NCBI GenBank assembly: GCA_951406725.2
Contig: OX597819.1
Location: forward strand, 57,350,001-57,414,000
Direction: 5' to 3'
Length of the DNA: 64,000 bases
Source: Octopus vulgaris
Taxonomy: Eukaryota
A program made the position numbers and the translations under genes. Position 1 is the stretch's first letter. Every line of letters starts with the position of its first letter. This document shows positions 1 to 13,415 of this stretch, piece after piece. The notes below the pieces were generated by a model, which ran no database searches, was not told where the DNA came from, and saw nothing but the letters and a program-made list of their open reading frames with translations.

Positions 1-544
1 GAACAGCTGGCGTATTATCTATGTGAATTCATCAATCTGTGCACTTCTTGATGGATCCTGGAATTGGATGGATCATTAATGGTTTAACATCCCTTGCAAT
101 ATAGCAAGCAATTTTCTGGAGTGATGAACCCATGAGAAAAAGTCAGCGATTTTCTATTATTCTTGTTATTAAACTTTGTCAGAATGATAATGAATACTTG
201 AACTCAATTCTCCATACGAACAACTCTGCTCGTATTCAAATTGATTTTATGCATAACAACACAAATATCAAAAGGAATATATTCAAAACATCTTGAGTTT
301 AGATGCACTGAAACTTGTGAGTTCTGAGTGGACAGTTTATTATTCCTTCCATAAATGTGGTAGGCGATATTAAAGATCCTACTTCAGAGATAGAATGTTA
401 TAAAATTGGAATTTTAGTTTCAAGAAAATATACATTATGAAATCGTTACGAGTACGCGCTGTTAGAGCTTATCACCCCTACAACCACCGCTCCCACTGAA
501 ATTACTCCCGCCAGCAACATGAACATCAACAATAATAATTATTT

Positions 545-970
545 CTACTGTAGACATAAATCTAAACTTTTGTGGGAGGAACCCAGTCTATTACATCGAC
601 CCCAGTGCTCAACCGTTACCTATTTCTTCGACCTCGGAAAGTTGAAAAGCAGCGGCGACATCGGTGGAATTTGAACCAAGAACGTAAGGGCCGAAGAAAT
701 GCCGCTAAGCATTTTATCCATTAAGCTGACGATTCTGTCAGCTCGCTTCTTTAGCAAGCATAAAAATGGTTTTAAATTTTGACACAAGGCCACCAATTTT
801 GGTCACGGTTAAGTCGATTACATCAATCCGAGAACACCTATATTATCGATGTCGAAAGGATGCTGAAATGATGAAAGGGAAAGCTGAAACCTGACATCAG
901 TGGGTAAAGCTGGAAGCAATGTTGCAAAGCATTTTGTTCTGCGAGTTAACGATTCTGGCAGCTCGCTACC
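545..970 (-). mobile_element. Two adjacent degenerate copies of the common tRNA-derived SINE (GGCGGCGAGCTGGCAGAA family)
   Basis: Reverse complement matches the cleaner copies at 12123-12520 and 41280-41680 (GTTCAAATTCCGCCGAGGTCGAC B-box region, CTGGGGTCGATGTAAT). Confidence 0.75.
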
Positions 971-989
971 ACAACAATAATAATAATGA

Positions 990-1470
990 TTTCTTTATTA
1001 CCCTAAAGGTTCGATAATAGATCAAGAAAGATACGGAACGATAGAATACAATATAATGTAGGGAATTTTACAAAGGTGTGTAAATAATAAAGGTATCATA
1101 TAGAAACAAACAAAAAGATGAAACAAGAAAAATCGTGGATACATTCAGGGTCTGCTCGTGGAAGTCTAGATAACCGCTGTCAAACGTTTAACCAAGGAAG
1201 TATCTCTCCCTATCCGCTTCCCTCAATCTACAAGCGCATCCACAGAGCAGACCCGGCCATTCAATGATACCATTCTTGTCACATTCGTTCATATTTCAAC
1301 AAATAGTGGTCACATTTCTTCAATTTCATTAACACCCTTGAGTTATCATATCACACAGGTATCTTGGCATTGGCAACAAAATGGTACGCATCTGCAAGCG
1401 AGCAGCTGCAAATCGTCGACGCCCAGGCTTTCACCGAGAACGGCGTCGATCTATGAACTAACCCACAACC
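990..1470 (-). mobile_element. Degraded non-LTR retrotransposon 3' end (L1/Tx1-like, tentative)
   Basis: Minus strand ends GGGTAATAAAGAAAT followed by (ATT)n. The same tail occurs inside the dimeric SINEs. Family assignment is from memory only. Confidence 0.4.
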
Positions 1471-1651
1471 CATAAAATGCCAATGGTTTCAAATTTAGGC
1501 AAAACAATGACTATTTATAAGAGAAAGAAAGTTAGACGATTTCACTGACCAAGAACAGGACTTCTAATGATAAGCTATCCTTTGATGCCACTGATGCAGA
1601 TTCCCAAAAACACAACTACATACATTGATATATATGTATATGTGCATATGT

Positions 1652-1987
1652 GGAAGCGCAATGGCCCAGTGATTAGGGCAGCGGACACGCGGTCGTAGGA
1701 TCGCTGTTCCGATTCCCAGGTCGGGCGTTGTGAGTGTTTATTGAGCTAAAACATCTAAAGCTCCACGAGTCTTCGGCAGGGAATTGTGGCGAATCCTGCT
1801 ATACACCTTCATCACAACTTTCTATCACTCTTTGTTCTTGTTTCTGTTGTACTTGTATTTCAAACGGCCAGCCTTTTCCCACTCTGTGTCACGCTGAATC
1901 TCCTTGAGAACTACGTTACGGTTACACGTGTCTGTCGAGTGCTCAGCCACTTGCACATTAATTTCACGAGCAGGTTCTGTTGATCGG
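1652..1987 (+). mobile_element. tRNA-derived SINE (octopus OR/OK-like)
   Basis: A-box-like TGGCCCAGTGATTAGG and B-box-like GTTCCGATTCCC. The first about 150 bp are shared with 44541-44836. Confidence 0.75.
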
Positions 1988-1988
1988 A

Positions 1989-2897
1989 AAATAAAATAAG
2001 ATACAATAAAAGGGAAAATCGGATAATTTACAAACCAAGTTGTGAAAGGGAAAAATAATTATAACAACAATAATAATAATTGTGAGAGAGACGAAAAAGA
2101 AATAGAAAGACATATGAATGTGGATGCAAGTCTATATGTGCAGTAAAACTATAGCATAAGAATCTAACGGATATGTTTAAAAATATATTAACAGGTTGAG
2201 ACGAAATACAATGTAAACAAGGCCACGTGTGTCTAGTAGAGTACAACGTAACAATGTCACTAGCAGAAAAAGCCATAGAGAGTTATACGTATACATAATA
2301 ATATTGAAAAACGAAAAAAATATGTGCATATTAATAGAAGCTGAGAAACAAGACTATTTTTGAGAATGATTCAATGTATAAGTAGAAAATGTGCATGCAG
2401 GCATAGGCAAAAACAAAAAAGATTTTTTCAAAGAGAGACAACGATCAAAGATGAGGTAGGCTGGTGTGTTCGACAGAAGTTCCTCCACTCAAAAAATACC
2501 CCGGGGAAAGGGAGACAATCGGGAAAGAATAAGAAACGAACAGCGAAAATATGGAGAAAATTATTATTAATTAAATCACAAGTAATAGAGGGAAAAATAC
2601 GTATACACATAACGCATAAAAAATATACACTCAAATATATGTACATATATACAAACATATATAAAAACCTGTAACTACTTTTTAAACATATCCGTTAGAT
2701 TCTTATCTTATAGATTTACTGCACATATAGACTTGCATACACATTGATATGTCTTTCTTTTTCTTTTTCTTTTTCATCTCTCTCACTATTATTATTGTTG
2801 TTGTTATCATAATTTTCCCTTTCACGACTTGGTCTGTAATTCATCTGATTTTCCCTTATTGCCCCATCTATGTTCTTTTATAGTATCTTATTTTAGT
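1989..2897. repeat. Diverged inverted repeat, arms about 1989-2197 and 2666-2897
   Basis: AAGAATCTAACGGATATGTTTAAAAA (2158-2183) is the reverse complement of TTTTTAAACATATCCGTTAGATTCTT (2679-2704). The match extends about 200 bp. Confidence 0.85.
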
Positions 2898-2952
2898 TTT
2901 ATTTTATTTTATTCTATTTCATCTAATTAAACTTTCTTGATGTTCTTCAAGA

Positions 2953-3089
2953 GATTCCTCACACTGATGAGGATGACAAAGCATAAACTTGATTATAATT
3001 ACTATCATAATTATAATTATATTATAATTATCAAATTATTTTTCTAACATATTTGCATTGTTTTTCGAAACGTACGTATGCATTGAATC
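2953..3089 (+). ncRNA. Type I hammerhead ribozyme motif with about 95-nt stem II, decayed stem I
   Basis: CTGATGA 2964-2970, GAAA 3067-3070, palindromic stem III ACGTACGT, GTA triplet (cleavage after 3078). Stem I is CA/TG plus GATTC/GAATC. AATAAA lies about 20 nt downstream. Confidence 0.6.
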
Positions 3090-3313
3090 CAGTTTTGTAA
3101 TAAATCTATTTCTGATTCTACATTTTTCGACATTTTTAATGCTTGTTTATGTTATATATGTATACCTATAACGAAACTGCTCAAATATTAATTTCATATT
3201 CTTATTTTTTGCTCTGGCTGATTTTTATGAATATTATGAATCTTAGAAATCATTTTTCTGTTTTTTTGAATCCCCCCCAAAGTTTGAATTGTTCTTTTTT
3301 GAACTCATTTTTT

Positions 3314-3358
<45 letters not shown>

Positions 3359-3423
3359 GGTGGTGCCCTTGCATCACCGCAGCTTTGAAGCTGAATATAT
3401 TTAAAGATTTTAAAGATTTAAGG

Positions 3424-3531
<108 letters not shown>

Positions 3532-3732
3532 GTATGTATATATATATAAGGTAGAAAGTATGGTGAGTGATTACACGTGGTTTAATATATACGGAAAGAA
3601 ATAAGATGAAAAACACAGATTTGTTTTACAAGACTAAACAATATATTGGAATAATAATAGTAAAAGTATTATACAGTGTGGTAGAAAACAAATTCTTTTC
3701 TTCCTACATAATAACCGGGAAGAAATATCTTA

Positions 3733-4810
3733 GTTTGTACTATATTGCATAATGCTTTTATTATTACGATTCTAATATATTCTTTAGTTTAGTGACTTTC
3801 ATCTTGTTTCTTTCCGTACATATATACATATATATATATACAAATATTTGTATGTATACACACACACACACACACACACGCATATATATATATATATATA
3901 TATATAATGCGACTGGCTTAGATTTCCCTTGGCGGGCTGCCCAGATTGGAGCAATCTCAAGATTAATCAGCCGAAATTGCGAAGATGATCTGGTTCTTGA
4001 CTGATGACTGAGATTTTCGAAAGTCCCGTCTGTGTGTTTTTTTGTCGTCTTCAAAATGTTTCACGTTCTTGTCCCAGTTTGTGTTGTTTTAACGTTTACA
4101 TTTTTTAACGTTTACATATATTACACGGCGGCTACGTATCCTACCTTTTGACCCTATACTGTAAGTATATTACTCTCTAACATTGGTACGACTCGACTTC
4201 ACTGTCTCTTTCCCCCCTCCCTCTCCTACTTTTCTCTGCCTTCACCCTTTGCACTCCCCTTGTTCTGTCTCTTTCCCTCTTTTTCTTCTCCTCCCTTGTT
4301 CCCCTTCTTTCTTTCTCTCTTCCTCCGTCCCTCCTCTCCCACATTTCTCTGCCTCTCAGACCTTATACCCCACTTGACCTGTCCCTTTCCCTCTCTTGCT
4401 TCTCTCTTCATCTGTCCCTTTCTCCTTTTTGTGCTCACGTGACCAGCTAGCTACTAATGCCTTTTCGCATCAAGTAGTTGGCGTGACCACACGTATGTGT
4501 TTGTGCTCCGTTTGCCTTCAGGCACTTGTTCCACAGCCAGCCTATACTCAACTCGTCCTGTCGAAAGACGCTTGTCCTGACGTCCTGGTTTTGTTATTAT
4601 TGTCTTTACGTTATTTTGTATTTTTATCCGTGCTATCGTTTGTACTATATTGCATAATGCTTTTATTATTACGATTCTAATATATTCTTTAGTTTAGTGA
4701 CTTTCATCTTGTTTCTTTCCGTACATATATATAAAGATACATATGTATATATATATATATATATACAAATATTTGTATGTATGCACACACACACACACAC
4801 TTGCATATAT
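3733..4810 (+). repeat. About 170-bp direct repeat (3733-3900 and 4639-4810) ending in (TA)/(CA) tracts, with a diverged inverted copy at about 3585-3690
   Basis: TTTGTACTATATTGCATAATGCTTTTATTATTACGATTC...CTTTCCGTACATATAT occurs twice. TACGGAAAGAAATAAGATGAAA at about 3590 is its reverse complement. Confidence 0.8.
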
Positions 4811-4848
4811 ATATAGATTTTGTTGAATTTTCTGCTGCTTAAAATAAA

Positions 4849-4920
<72 letters not shown>

Positions 4921-4977
4921 ATATACATATATATATTTACATATATATATGTTCTCTCTCCATTTTTTTCTCAACCA

Positions 4978-5100
4978 CTTTATGTCGAAGAGCATAGACT
5001 CGAAACGTCAACGATTTTCCATTTTTCCCGAGCGTGAAACTAATACACTTGCGTATATTTACCCTACCTGTCTGCTTTTTAAAGTGAATTTGAACTGTAT
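4978..5100 (+). mobile_element. Penelope-LTR-like fragment with degenerate minimal HHR
   Basis: GAG CATAGA CTC GAAACGTC matches the HHR stem II/GAAA/GUC half, but the CTGANGA box is degenerate (TGTCGAA). A related tail occurs at 20120-20185 (-). Confidence 0.4.
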
Positions 5101-5865
5101 ATACGTATATTTATAGAAATTACGGGTATACTCACATGAACACACACATACACACACATCATATACAGACATAATTTATGCTCAAGTTGCATGAAGCCTG
5201 TTCTCTTCCATAATATATCAAAATAGGAGAATTCTTGAATGTTTGAGATATCCTCCGCTTCTTATATAAAGCTCGGTTTCAATGCAATTTGGTGATTATA
5301 ACGCATTTCCAAGAATTTACGCCGCTTCGTACTTGATATACCTTTATTTTGCGATACCATATACATTATAAACACTGCGCATCGTGATTTATTTCTCTGA
5401 TGATTTTTGTTTAAATTATACACATTGCACAGTGGGTTCTAAGCGGGTGCGGTACTTTTTGCATAGATCCCTTGAATATGGTGATAAGCCTGAGCGCTTG
5501 TCGTGCTGATGTTACCTATTGAGGCAGTAACACACGTCCACTATTGTCCTCCTATCTCCAGACTATAGGCCTCTCTTTGTCAGTAATGGCATATCAACTT
5601 TAAAGAACTCTTGGTTCTCAAGATTATCTCCTCTTCCCATATAATGCTCGACTTAATTTCCATTTCGTAATTTTGACACTTCAACTAGAGGCGGAAATAA
5701 TTTCAATAAATCAGGAATTTATGATAAATGGTATCTGATATACCAGCATTTGTCTAAGACATGATGCCTCCATCGATTCTAAATATTTTAGCATACAAAT
5801 GCACACATATATGCGCAAGGATGCATGCACGTATATATGCAAATACACACTTACACTCACATAAC

Positions 5866-5905
<40 letters not shown>

Positions 5906-6474
5906 AATCTACGAACAAAATGTCTTCCGTTATATGTTTCGGTTCATTACGTCCTGAGTTGAAATTTCGCTGTGGTCAGCATAGCCATTGATCCTTCCGA
6001 TGTCCATAATGTAGAATCGGTTGCATCTGCTGTTGATCTCTGTCAATATAAAATGAGATAACATATTATAACAGAGTCCGAATCCCGACCAAGTTTAGGT
6101 CTCGGAAGAGATGTTAAATGACCCACCAGCTGGAATACACTGCTGTAACGAAAATATAACTTATCTGTAATAACTTATAGTACACCTTACGTCTGAGCAG
6201 CAGCTGCGGCATCAATGACAAGGGCAACTTAAAGAATGAAGACGACAAATTAATTGTTAGGGGAAACACCACATGCAGAGAGTCTTCTGTTGGAATTCCA
6301 GCAGAAGCAATGCAGTATTTTTCGAACTCTCTCAACGACAGGAAGGCACATCTCACGGAAGCAGGATAGATTTAAGGAGGACAGCAACAACCCGTAAGAT
6401 GATTGCCCCTGGGTGCCGCTTTCATTTATTGGGAAGTTTGTTAGTTAGAATGTGTCATTGTTTTTCTATTGTTT

Positions 6475-6803
6475 ACACTTAGACTTAGATATGTTTCGAC
6501 CAGATATTGGTCCAGGCCATGTCTAACTTAATAGCACCACCTGATAGGATTATTCGAATCCTGTTTAAGTCCTGTTTGTTCAAGTAGTGAGTTCTTGTTG
6601 GGTGAGTTGTATCCAATTATGGGTGGCTTATCTGGTATTCTTTGAAGGAATCTATCCAGACTCTGTTTGAAGTTGATGGGATCCTTTTCCTCTTTGATCT
6701 CCCTCGGGACAATGTTAAATAGGGCAGGGCCTGTTGAGGAAAAGAAATTATGTTGCAGTGTACATGTATGTTGTGATCTTGAATTTGGCAGGGGACGTAT
6801 AGC
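6475..6803 (-). mobile_element. 5'-truncated LINE ORF2 C-terminus (CR1/L2-group-like) with 3' UTR
   Basis: Minus frame 6803-6528 reads ...FFSSTGPALFNIVPREIKEEKDPINFKQSLDRFLQRIPDKPPIIGYNSPNKNSLL...WCY*. The GPxLFN...FKxxLDxFL..IPDxP..GY...NSL motif is typical of these LINE ends. A (CTAAGT)2 tail follows. Confidence 0.75.
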
Positions 6804-6889
6804 TTATCTGTGTAAAAAATAATGTCCTTTGTATTTATTTTGAACTAGGTTTTTTCGTGGCTAATAAAGAATTATTACAATGCTTTAAG

Positions 6890-7080
6890 GCAGCGGGCAC
6901 GCCGGAAAACATGCTAAGCATCATTTCGTTAGTCTCTAAGTTCAGAGATCAAATTCCATCGAGATGGATTTTGCCTTTAATCCTTTCTGAATCGATGAAA
7001 TAAGTACCCATCAAGCTCTGTAGTCGATATAATAGACTGGCCTCTGCGCCCAATTTCAGAGCCTGTGCCTATAATACAAA
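6890..7080 (+). mobile_element. Degenerate SINE (same family as 12123)
   Basis: GCACGCCGG..ATGCTAAGC..GTTCAGAGATCAAATTCC..GCCTTTAATCCTTTC..TCGATGAAATAAGTACC. Confidence 0.65.
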
Positions 7081-9577
7081 GAAATCGTATCCCTATAGCT
7101 AAACAATTGTGACAAGAAGTTTATTTTAACTAGATTCAGATTTATTCATTGTTAATATTCTAATTATTTGGAACAGATGATGAATAGAATTATCATCCAT
7201 CAGCATCTCATAAGTTATGATAACAAAGATTATTTATTCATTACTGCTATGTGTGAGTGTGTGTTTGTGTGTGTGTGTATATGCGTGTGTATTTTCATAT
7301 TAATATTAATATGAATACAATGACAAAAGCCAACATGTTTCTAAAAGCAATGAGATTTATAAATGAAGAACGTCTACTGTGAAATAATTAAAACTTATTA
7401 TGAAACATATTTGAATAGAATTTTACTGTTACAGCAGGTTATTAATAATGCAGGATATTATTACAGAATATGATATTTATATTGAATTAGCTGCGAATAA
7501 TTGAATAAGTCAAAATTAGTTTTCTTTCTAAGAAAACTACTAGAAAATATCACATAGTAGACAACAGATTAATTATGCAGTACTGTTTAGATTATAAGAA
7601 AGTTAGGGAGATCACTTTTGACAGAAACCATTGCATGAGGACATTCATTTAAATTTCAAATTCATTAGTTATTCTGCTATAAATTATTTGAGAAGATGAT
7701 ATGGTAAAGGGTGATTAATCAAATATTTCGACAAAATGTTCACAAACATCTGAGGTAAATGTACTAGAGTTTAGTTCGAAAACCAACGAGACATATCATT
7801 CACAAAATAATCATGCTTTATAATTCTAATGAGGAAGATCAATGGACCTTGTTCGTTTAGAGAAATAAGCATTAAAGTTTCAGCAAAATTTCCCCAGGGT
7901 TTGTAAAATCGACATGTCTAATAAACGCACATTAACAATATGTTACCTACATCACTTTTACACTAACATTTTCTGAAACTCTTGCCCAAGACAACGTAGT
8001 AATTTTACGGTAGAAGGTTCCCATGAAAAGTTTTGTAAAGATGAACGTTTTCAATTTAATAAGAGAAGTAAGTACTTCACTGAATAAATTATAAACAGGG
8101 TTAGAGATATATCTTTGTCTAGAACAGAGAGCACACAAATTTTCACATACCTTAGGCTCCGAAATTTCCCTACTTCTGTTGTTTAGACTCCTAGCGTAGA
8201 CTTTACTGAGAAAATTCAACAAAGAAGTGCACTCTGTATTGTCTCTCATTTAAAAATAAAGACTGGAATTGCTATTTCTTTGTTGTCGATCCGGAGATCC
8301 ACGAAACCTGGCAACACAGATATGTGAGAGAAAATCTCCTTTGTGTAACGCTTTTAAGCTCTTACACCGATTTTCACGCTCCCTTGCGTCCTTGCCACAT
8401 TTGAGCGTTTTATCGGACCTGTGATCTCAGTCTCAGTGAAGTCAGTGTGTTCGTGCGTAGATGCACTTCTTGTTCATCAATGGGTCATGACTGGGAATCT
8501 AGACGGAAAATGTAATGACGATTGATTCTGACACGAGCACGACAAAGTAAAGGAGGTGCCTGAGGACATTACCAGGAATAATGGTCGGAGAAAATGGACG
8601 GTCAGATGGATTTTTCTACAAAATTGCTCAAATACTCTTATACATTATGAATTATTTTGAGGGACCGACAGAAATCAACAGAATGAATGGATAGAAAAAT
8701 TAATCTCTGCAACACGAAAGAAATTCCCCCATATATATCGTGTGAGAGTATTACGTGGATGATTATGTGTTTAAAAGTATATTTGTATATTGTCAAATAC
8801 GCAGTTTCACTAGACACATAACACTTACAAATATTGGATGATACTTGAAGACATTTCCAATCCATTTATGTAGAAATTGGAAAACCTTTCATAGATAAAG
8901 GCTTCGGCTTCAATCCTAATTTAACTACACGGTTAGATATGATATTTCACACTTAATGACAAAACTAAAAACAAAGAACATTTAACAATTATAAATACTA
9001 TATTGAAAATGTAAATAACTGTCAATGAGATCATTGTCATGTTGCCATCTATCTGAAACTAATCATCACTTTTAACTTTACTTCATTAACGAATATTTCC
9101 ACTCATTACGTGTTTCCAAGAATTATTTGATCACTGTACTTCTGTCAATGCAAGACAATCTCAAGAAATTACGTTTTGCAGTTTTCTCATGTGAGTTTGG
9201 CTACATTGAGGTGAAGATATACACACATACACCTATCTGTCATCACACGCATACAGATTGTATTAAATTTTACTAAGATAATGCTCAACCTGAGGCAGTG
9301 ATAAGCAACACTTTCCTAGAGGCATGCAATAGGATTGAAACAAGAATCATATGATTGACAAGAAAACTTTTTAAACCACACAGCCATGCCTGTACCCAGT
9401 TGTAGATGATAAAAATAGTTTAACCTACTCTAAGAGACAACTTTACAACAGGCAATAGCTATTTGGCGCTGGTGTGACTTTCTTCCGGTTTCAGATTACA
9501 GCTCTTTAGTCATGACATTACTATTTCGGTATTTTGAATGTGAAAATGATATATATTTAAAAGAATGAAAATAAATA

Positions 9578-10789
9578 TCAAGTCATCTCACAAGTTCTGT
9601 CAGAATTTTGAATAAAGAAAACAAGTGATCAAATGTTATATTTAATTGAAATTTAATCATCAGTGTACTTTCACCGATTATCTATGACTTCCAATCCATC
9701 TATTTACAAGCTTTTTAATCCCATCAATCTAAAACTCTTTTGGTTTCAAAGCGAAGGACTCTGAAATGTCAGTTTCGACCTCCTCCTACCTTGCGAAATT
9801 TATTTCTCCCAAGTGATTCTGTAAACTACGAAACAAATGGTAGTCTGAAGGAGCAAGGTCGGAAAAATAAGGTGGATGAGGAATTTTTTCCCAACCAAGC
9901 TCTTCCATCTTCTGTGATGTGATCTTTGCAGTGTGGCGTCGCGCATTGTCCTGTTGAAAAGCTTGATTCAAACGCTCTAATTGCTGACAGTAGACTTGAG
10001 CATTGCTTGTTGCATTAGGTGGTAACAATTTAAAGTGAATTACTCATTTGCAATTCCACTAGATAGAGAGAACCATTTTCCCCATGAAGTTCCCTTCTCG
10101 GTTGTGGTTGAGCCTTTTTCTTTTTACCAAGTCACTGTTTACGACGCTTAACATTTCGATAGATCCATTTTTCGTCACCAGTCACAAGTCTATCCAATAA
10201 GGGTGAAATGAGTTCGCGAGAATGGAGAGAAGAACAGATGTCAACTCGGAATTTTTGGTTGCTTTCGGACATTTCATGAGGCACCATTTTCTAATTTTAG
10301 AAACCTTTCCAAGTTGTTGAAGATGACGATGAACAGTTGTATGGGATGAACTAAGCTTTATTGCTAATTCTTCAACTGATAATGCAGGATTTTCTTCAAG
10401 TAATGCCTCAAGTAATGCCTCAACTGGACATCATGTTCGATCTTCATCTTCAAGGCTGAAATCTCCAATCCTGAATTTTGCAAACCATCTTCTGCGAGTT
10501 CTTTCGTTCAAGCATTCTTTCTGAGTGCATATTTTGAGTCGCTTCGGCAGCAGAGTTTCTTTTTTTTTCCTTCTACTCATTAAGCATTATGTGCCTTAAA
10601 TGCTCTTTCGATACTCCCATGTTAGAAAGGGTTTCAATCAAAGAAATGTTAATTCTATTTTTCTGCAAGATAATAATTAATTAGCTTAAATGTACACAAA
10701 TACATAAAAATAACCTTTAATTCCATTAGACATTCTAAAATTCTATTTTTAAAAAGGTAAAATCGGACAGAACTTATGGGATGTGTTGA
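9578..10789 (-). mobile_element. Full-length but inactivated mariner (DD34D) transposon
   Basis: Minus-strand start MGVSKEHLRHIML (ATG at 10620), then RRWFAKFRIGDFSLED, VTGDEKWIY, QDNARRH and HPPYFSDLAPSDYHLF. Imperfect TIRs CATCTCACAAGTTCTGTC (9584) and GACAGAACTTATGGGATG (10766-10783). Contains stops and frameshifts. Confidence 0.9.
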
Positions 10790-11319
10790 TGAAAACACAA
10801 TTTAAAAATTTTTAACATTTTCAATTACCTTTAATTTTTTCTATCAAAGGTTAGTAACTACTTTTTATCATGACTGACTTAGTATTTCTTCACATTTGCT
10901 CATGACATATATGCATATCATATCTTCCTATAAAAAAAAAATATTTTCGTTTTCACTTTCATATCAGGTTTCCAAGATTCGTGATGGGAATTTTGCGTGT
11001 TGAAACAAAATGTGTTGTGTCTTGGGAGAGTCATTGTACCAATACTAGTGACACATGTACTGGTTCAATTCCACTCTTTTATTATTAGTCAATTGGTTAA
11101 GTATCCAGCCAACTGGTCGATTGTTTAACTTGGTTAAACAGTAAGTCGTTTGTTTTGCTTTTGCTTGTCAAGCTCTTTCGTTCCTATTTGCAACCTTCTC
11201 CGTGACTTCTCTCTTAGACCCTTACTAAGGCAGCATTTGTCTCTCTGAGACCTTCTTGCATGTGTGTGCGTATTTATGTATTTATGGATGCACGTATCTA
11301 TACATACAAAGATACATAA

Positions 11320-11698
11320 CATCGACCGCAGTGTTTCACTGTACTTAATTTATCGACTCCGAAAGGATGAAAGGTAATGTCGACCTCGACAGAATTTGAA
11401 CTCAGAACAGCGTCGGGCGAAATACCGATATGCATGTCGTTCAGCGTGCTACCGATCCCGCCAATTTAGAGCAAGTGATTTACATAATGGTTTCAAATTT
11501 TGCCACAACGGCAACCATTTTGAGAGGGGATGCGTCGATCACAGCGACATCAGTGTTTTACTGATACTTAATTTATCGAGCCCGAAAGGATAAAAGACCA
11601 AGTCGTGCTTGACGGAATTCGAACTCAGAACGTAGCAACGGGTGAAATACTGATAAACGTTTCGTCCAGCGTGCTCACGAATCTGCCAACTCGCCGCC
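11320..11698 (-). mobile_element. Two SINE copies, minus orientation
   Basis: TTTATCGACTCCGAAAGGATGAAAGG and GAATTTGAACTCAGAAC are the reverse complement of the SINE consensus at 12123. Confidence 0.75.
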
Positions 11699-11886
11699 AT
11701 TCAACTGATTTCCATAATGGCACAAAAAATATCATATCTATCATTTAATGCTATTCAATGGACATTCAAAATATTTGAGAAGTCACAATGCAAATATAAG
11801 AGGACAATTTAGCCATCAATGATTACCGGTTCGCACACATTAGGTGCAAATATTTTCTAAATACGTTTATTATAGATACGAGTAAA

Positions 11887-12520
11887 AGCGGCGAGATGGC
11901 AGAAACGTTTGCATGCTAGTCGAAATGATTAGCGGTATTTCGCCCGTCGCTACGTTCTCAGTTCAAATTCAGCTGAGGTCGACTTCGCCTTTCATTATTT
12001 TCTAGTCGATAAATTAAGGAGCAATGAAACACTGGGGTCGATGTAATCGACTAGTCCCTTCCTCATTCCAGGCCTTGTACCTTTAGTAAAAAGGATTATT
12101 ATTCATGAACGTCACTTTGAAAAGGCGGCGAGTTGGCAGAAACGTTAGCACGCCGGGCGAAATGCGTAGCCGTATTTCGTCTGCCGTTAAGTTCTAAGTT
12201 CAAATTCCGCCGAGGTCGACTTTGCTTTTCATTCTTTAGGGGTCGATAAATTAAGTACCATTTACGCACTGAGGTCGATGTAATCGACTTAATCCGTTTG
12301 TCTGTCCTTGTTTGTCCCCTCTGTGTTTAGCCCATTGTGGGTAGTAAAGAAATAGGTATTTCGTCTGTCTTCATGTTCTGAGTTCAAATTCTACCGAGGT
12401 CGATTTTGCCTTTCATTCTTTCGGGGTCGATAAATCCTGTACCAGCTGCGTACTGAGGTCGATAGAATCGACTGGCCTCCTCTCCCCAAATTTCGGGCCT
12501 TGTGCCTAGAGGAGAGAAGA
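11887..12520 (+). mobile_element. Monomeric SINE (11887-12100) plus dimeric SINE (12123-12520)
   Basis: tRNA head GGCGGCGAGTTGGCAGAA with B box GTTCAAATTCC. The central GCCTTTCATCCTTTCGGGGTCGATAAA..GTACC block (MetaSINE-like, from memory) is duplicated in the dimer. Confidence 0.85.
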
Positions 12521-12702
12521 TTATAGATACGAGTTACAGTAATGTTATGTAAAAATGAATGAAGAAATCAAGGGTGTTACATGGAAAAGAGGCTGTTCAA
12601 TCCATATACGTTATATGTCACTTATTTTTGGCGTGTTGTTCATATATTAACAGGGCAGAAATGCTATCTAACAACAGGTAATCCTAAAAGTTATATGCCC
12701 AC

Positions 12703-12790
12703 GAGCATATGGTGTAGTGGTTAAGAACGCGGGCTACTAACCCCATGATTCTGAGTCGATTACAGGCAGTGACCTGAATACTAATACTAT

Positions 12791-12852
<62 letters not shown>

Positions 12853-12880
12853 ATAATAATAATAATAATAATAATAATAT
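12703..12880 (+). mobile_element. Short tRNA-like SINE head followed by (TAC)n(TAA)n
   Basis: TGGTGTAGTGGTTAAG A box, CTACTAA anticodon-like loop and a degenerate B box. No acceptor stem, so not a functional tRNA. Confidence 0.6.
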
Positions 12881-13039
12881 AGCACTTAGATCCACAGTAG
12901 CGTCTGATTACATGTATGCATATATGTATGTGTGTATGTATGTATGTATGTATGTACGTATGTATGTATGTATGTATGTATGTATGTATGTATGTATGTA
13001 TGTATGTATGTATTTATGTATGTATGTATGTATGTATGT

Positions 13040-13415
13040 TGCAATCAACGTGAAGCTGAATCTCACCGACCTTTTTGCGTGCACAGTTTGTAACAGATCA
13101 TGCCTACCTTTTGCTGGGCTCAAATCTCATCTTCGGACCCATGATAAACGAACCTCCACCAACAACCTATATATCTATGCACACTTATCAATGCTGTGTA
13201 TGCCATAAAATTTGCAAAGCTTCTAAAGTCATTTTAAAATCCATAAAGATCAGAACTTAACTGTAGCTCTTGATGGTCTAAATGAGAAACGCAATCCATG
13301 TGAGTGCCTTTTCAACACATCGTCTGGTTTCAAAAGCCACATCAGACGCTATGAAGGATCATAGGTGCAAGTACAAGAGACACTCAGAGTCTGCATAAGG
13401 AATAGACAACCACCA
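13040..13415 (+). mobile_element. LINE (RTE-like) 3' fragment with C-terminal C2H2 zinc fingers, inserted in (TATG)n
   Basis: FACTVCNRSCLPFAGLKSHLRTH, CCVCHKIC and SGFKSHIR in shifted frames. Flanked by TATG repeats. Confidence 0.6.

Noticed and set aside
8285-8860. Possible DNA-transposon (piggyBac/hAT-like) end
   Set aside because: No TIR pair or coding motif could be established.
12703-12775. tRNA-Ser gene
   Set aside because: No acceptor stem and a broken T arm, followed by a microsatellite tail, so it is a SINE head.
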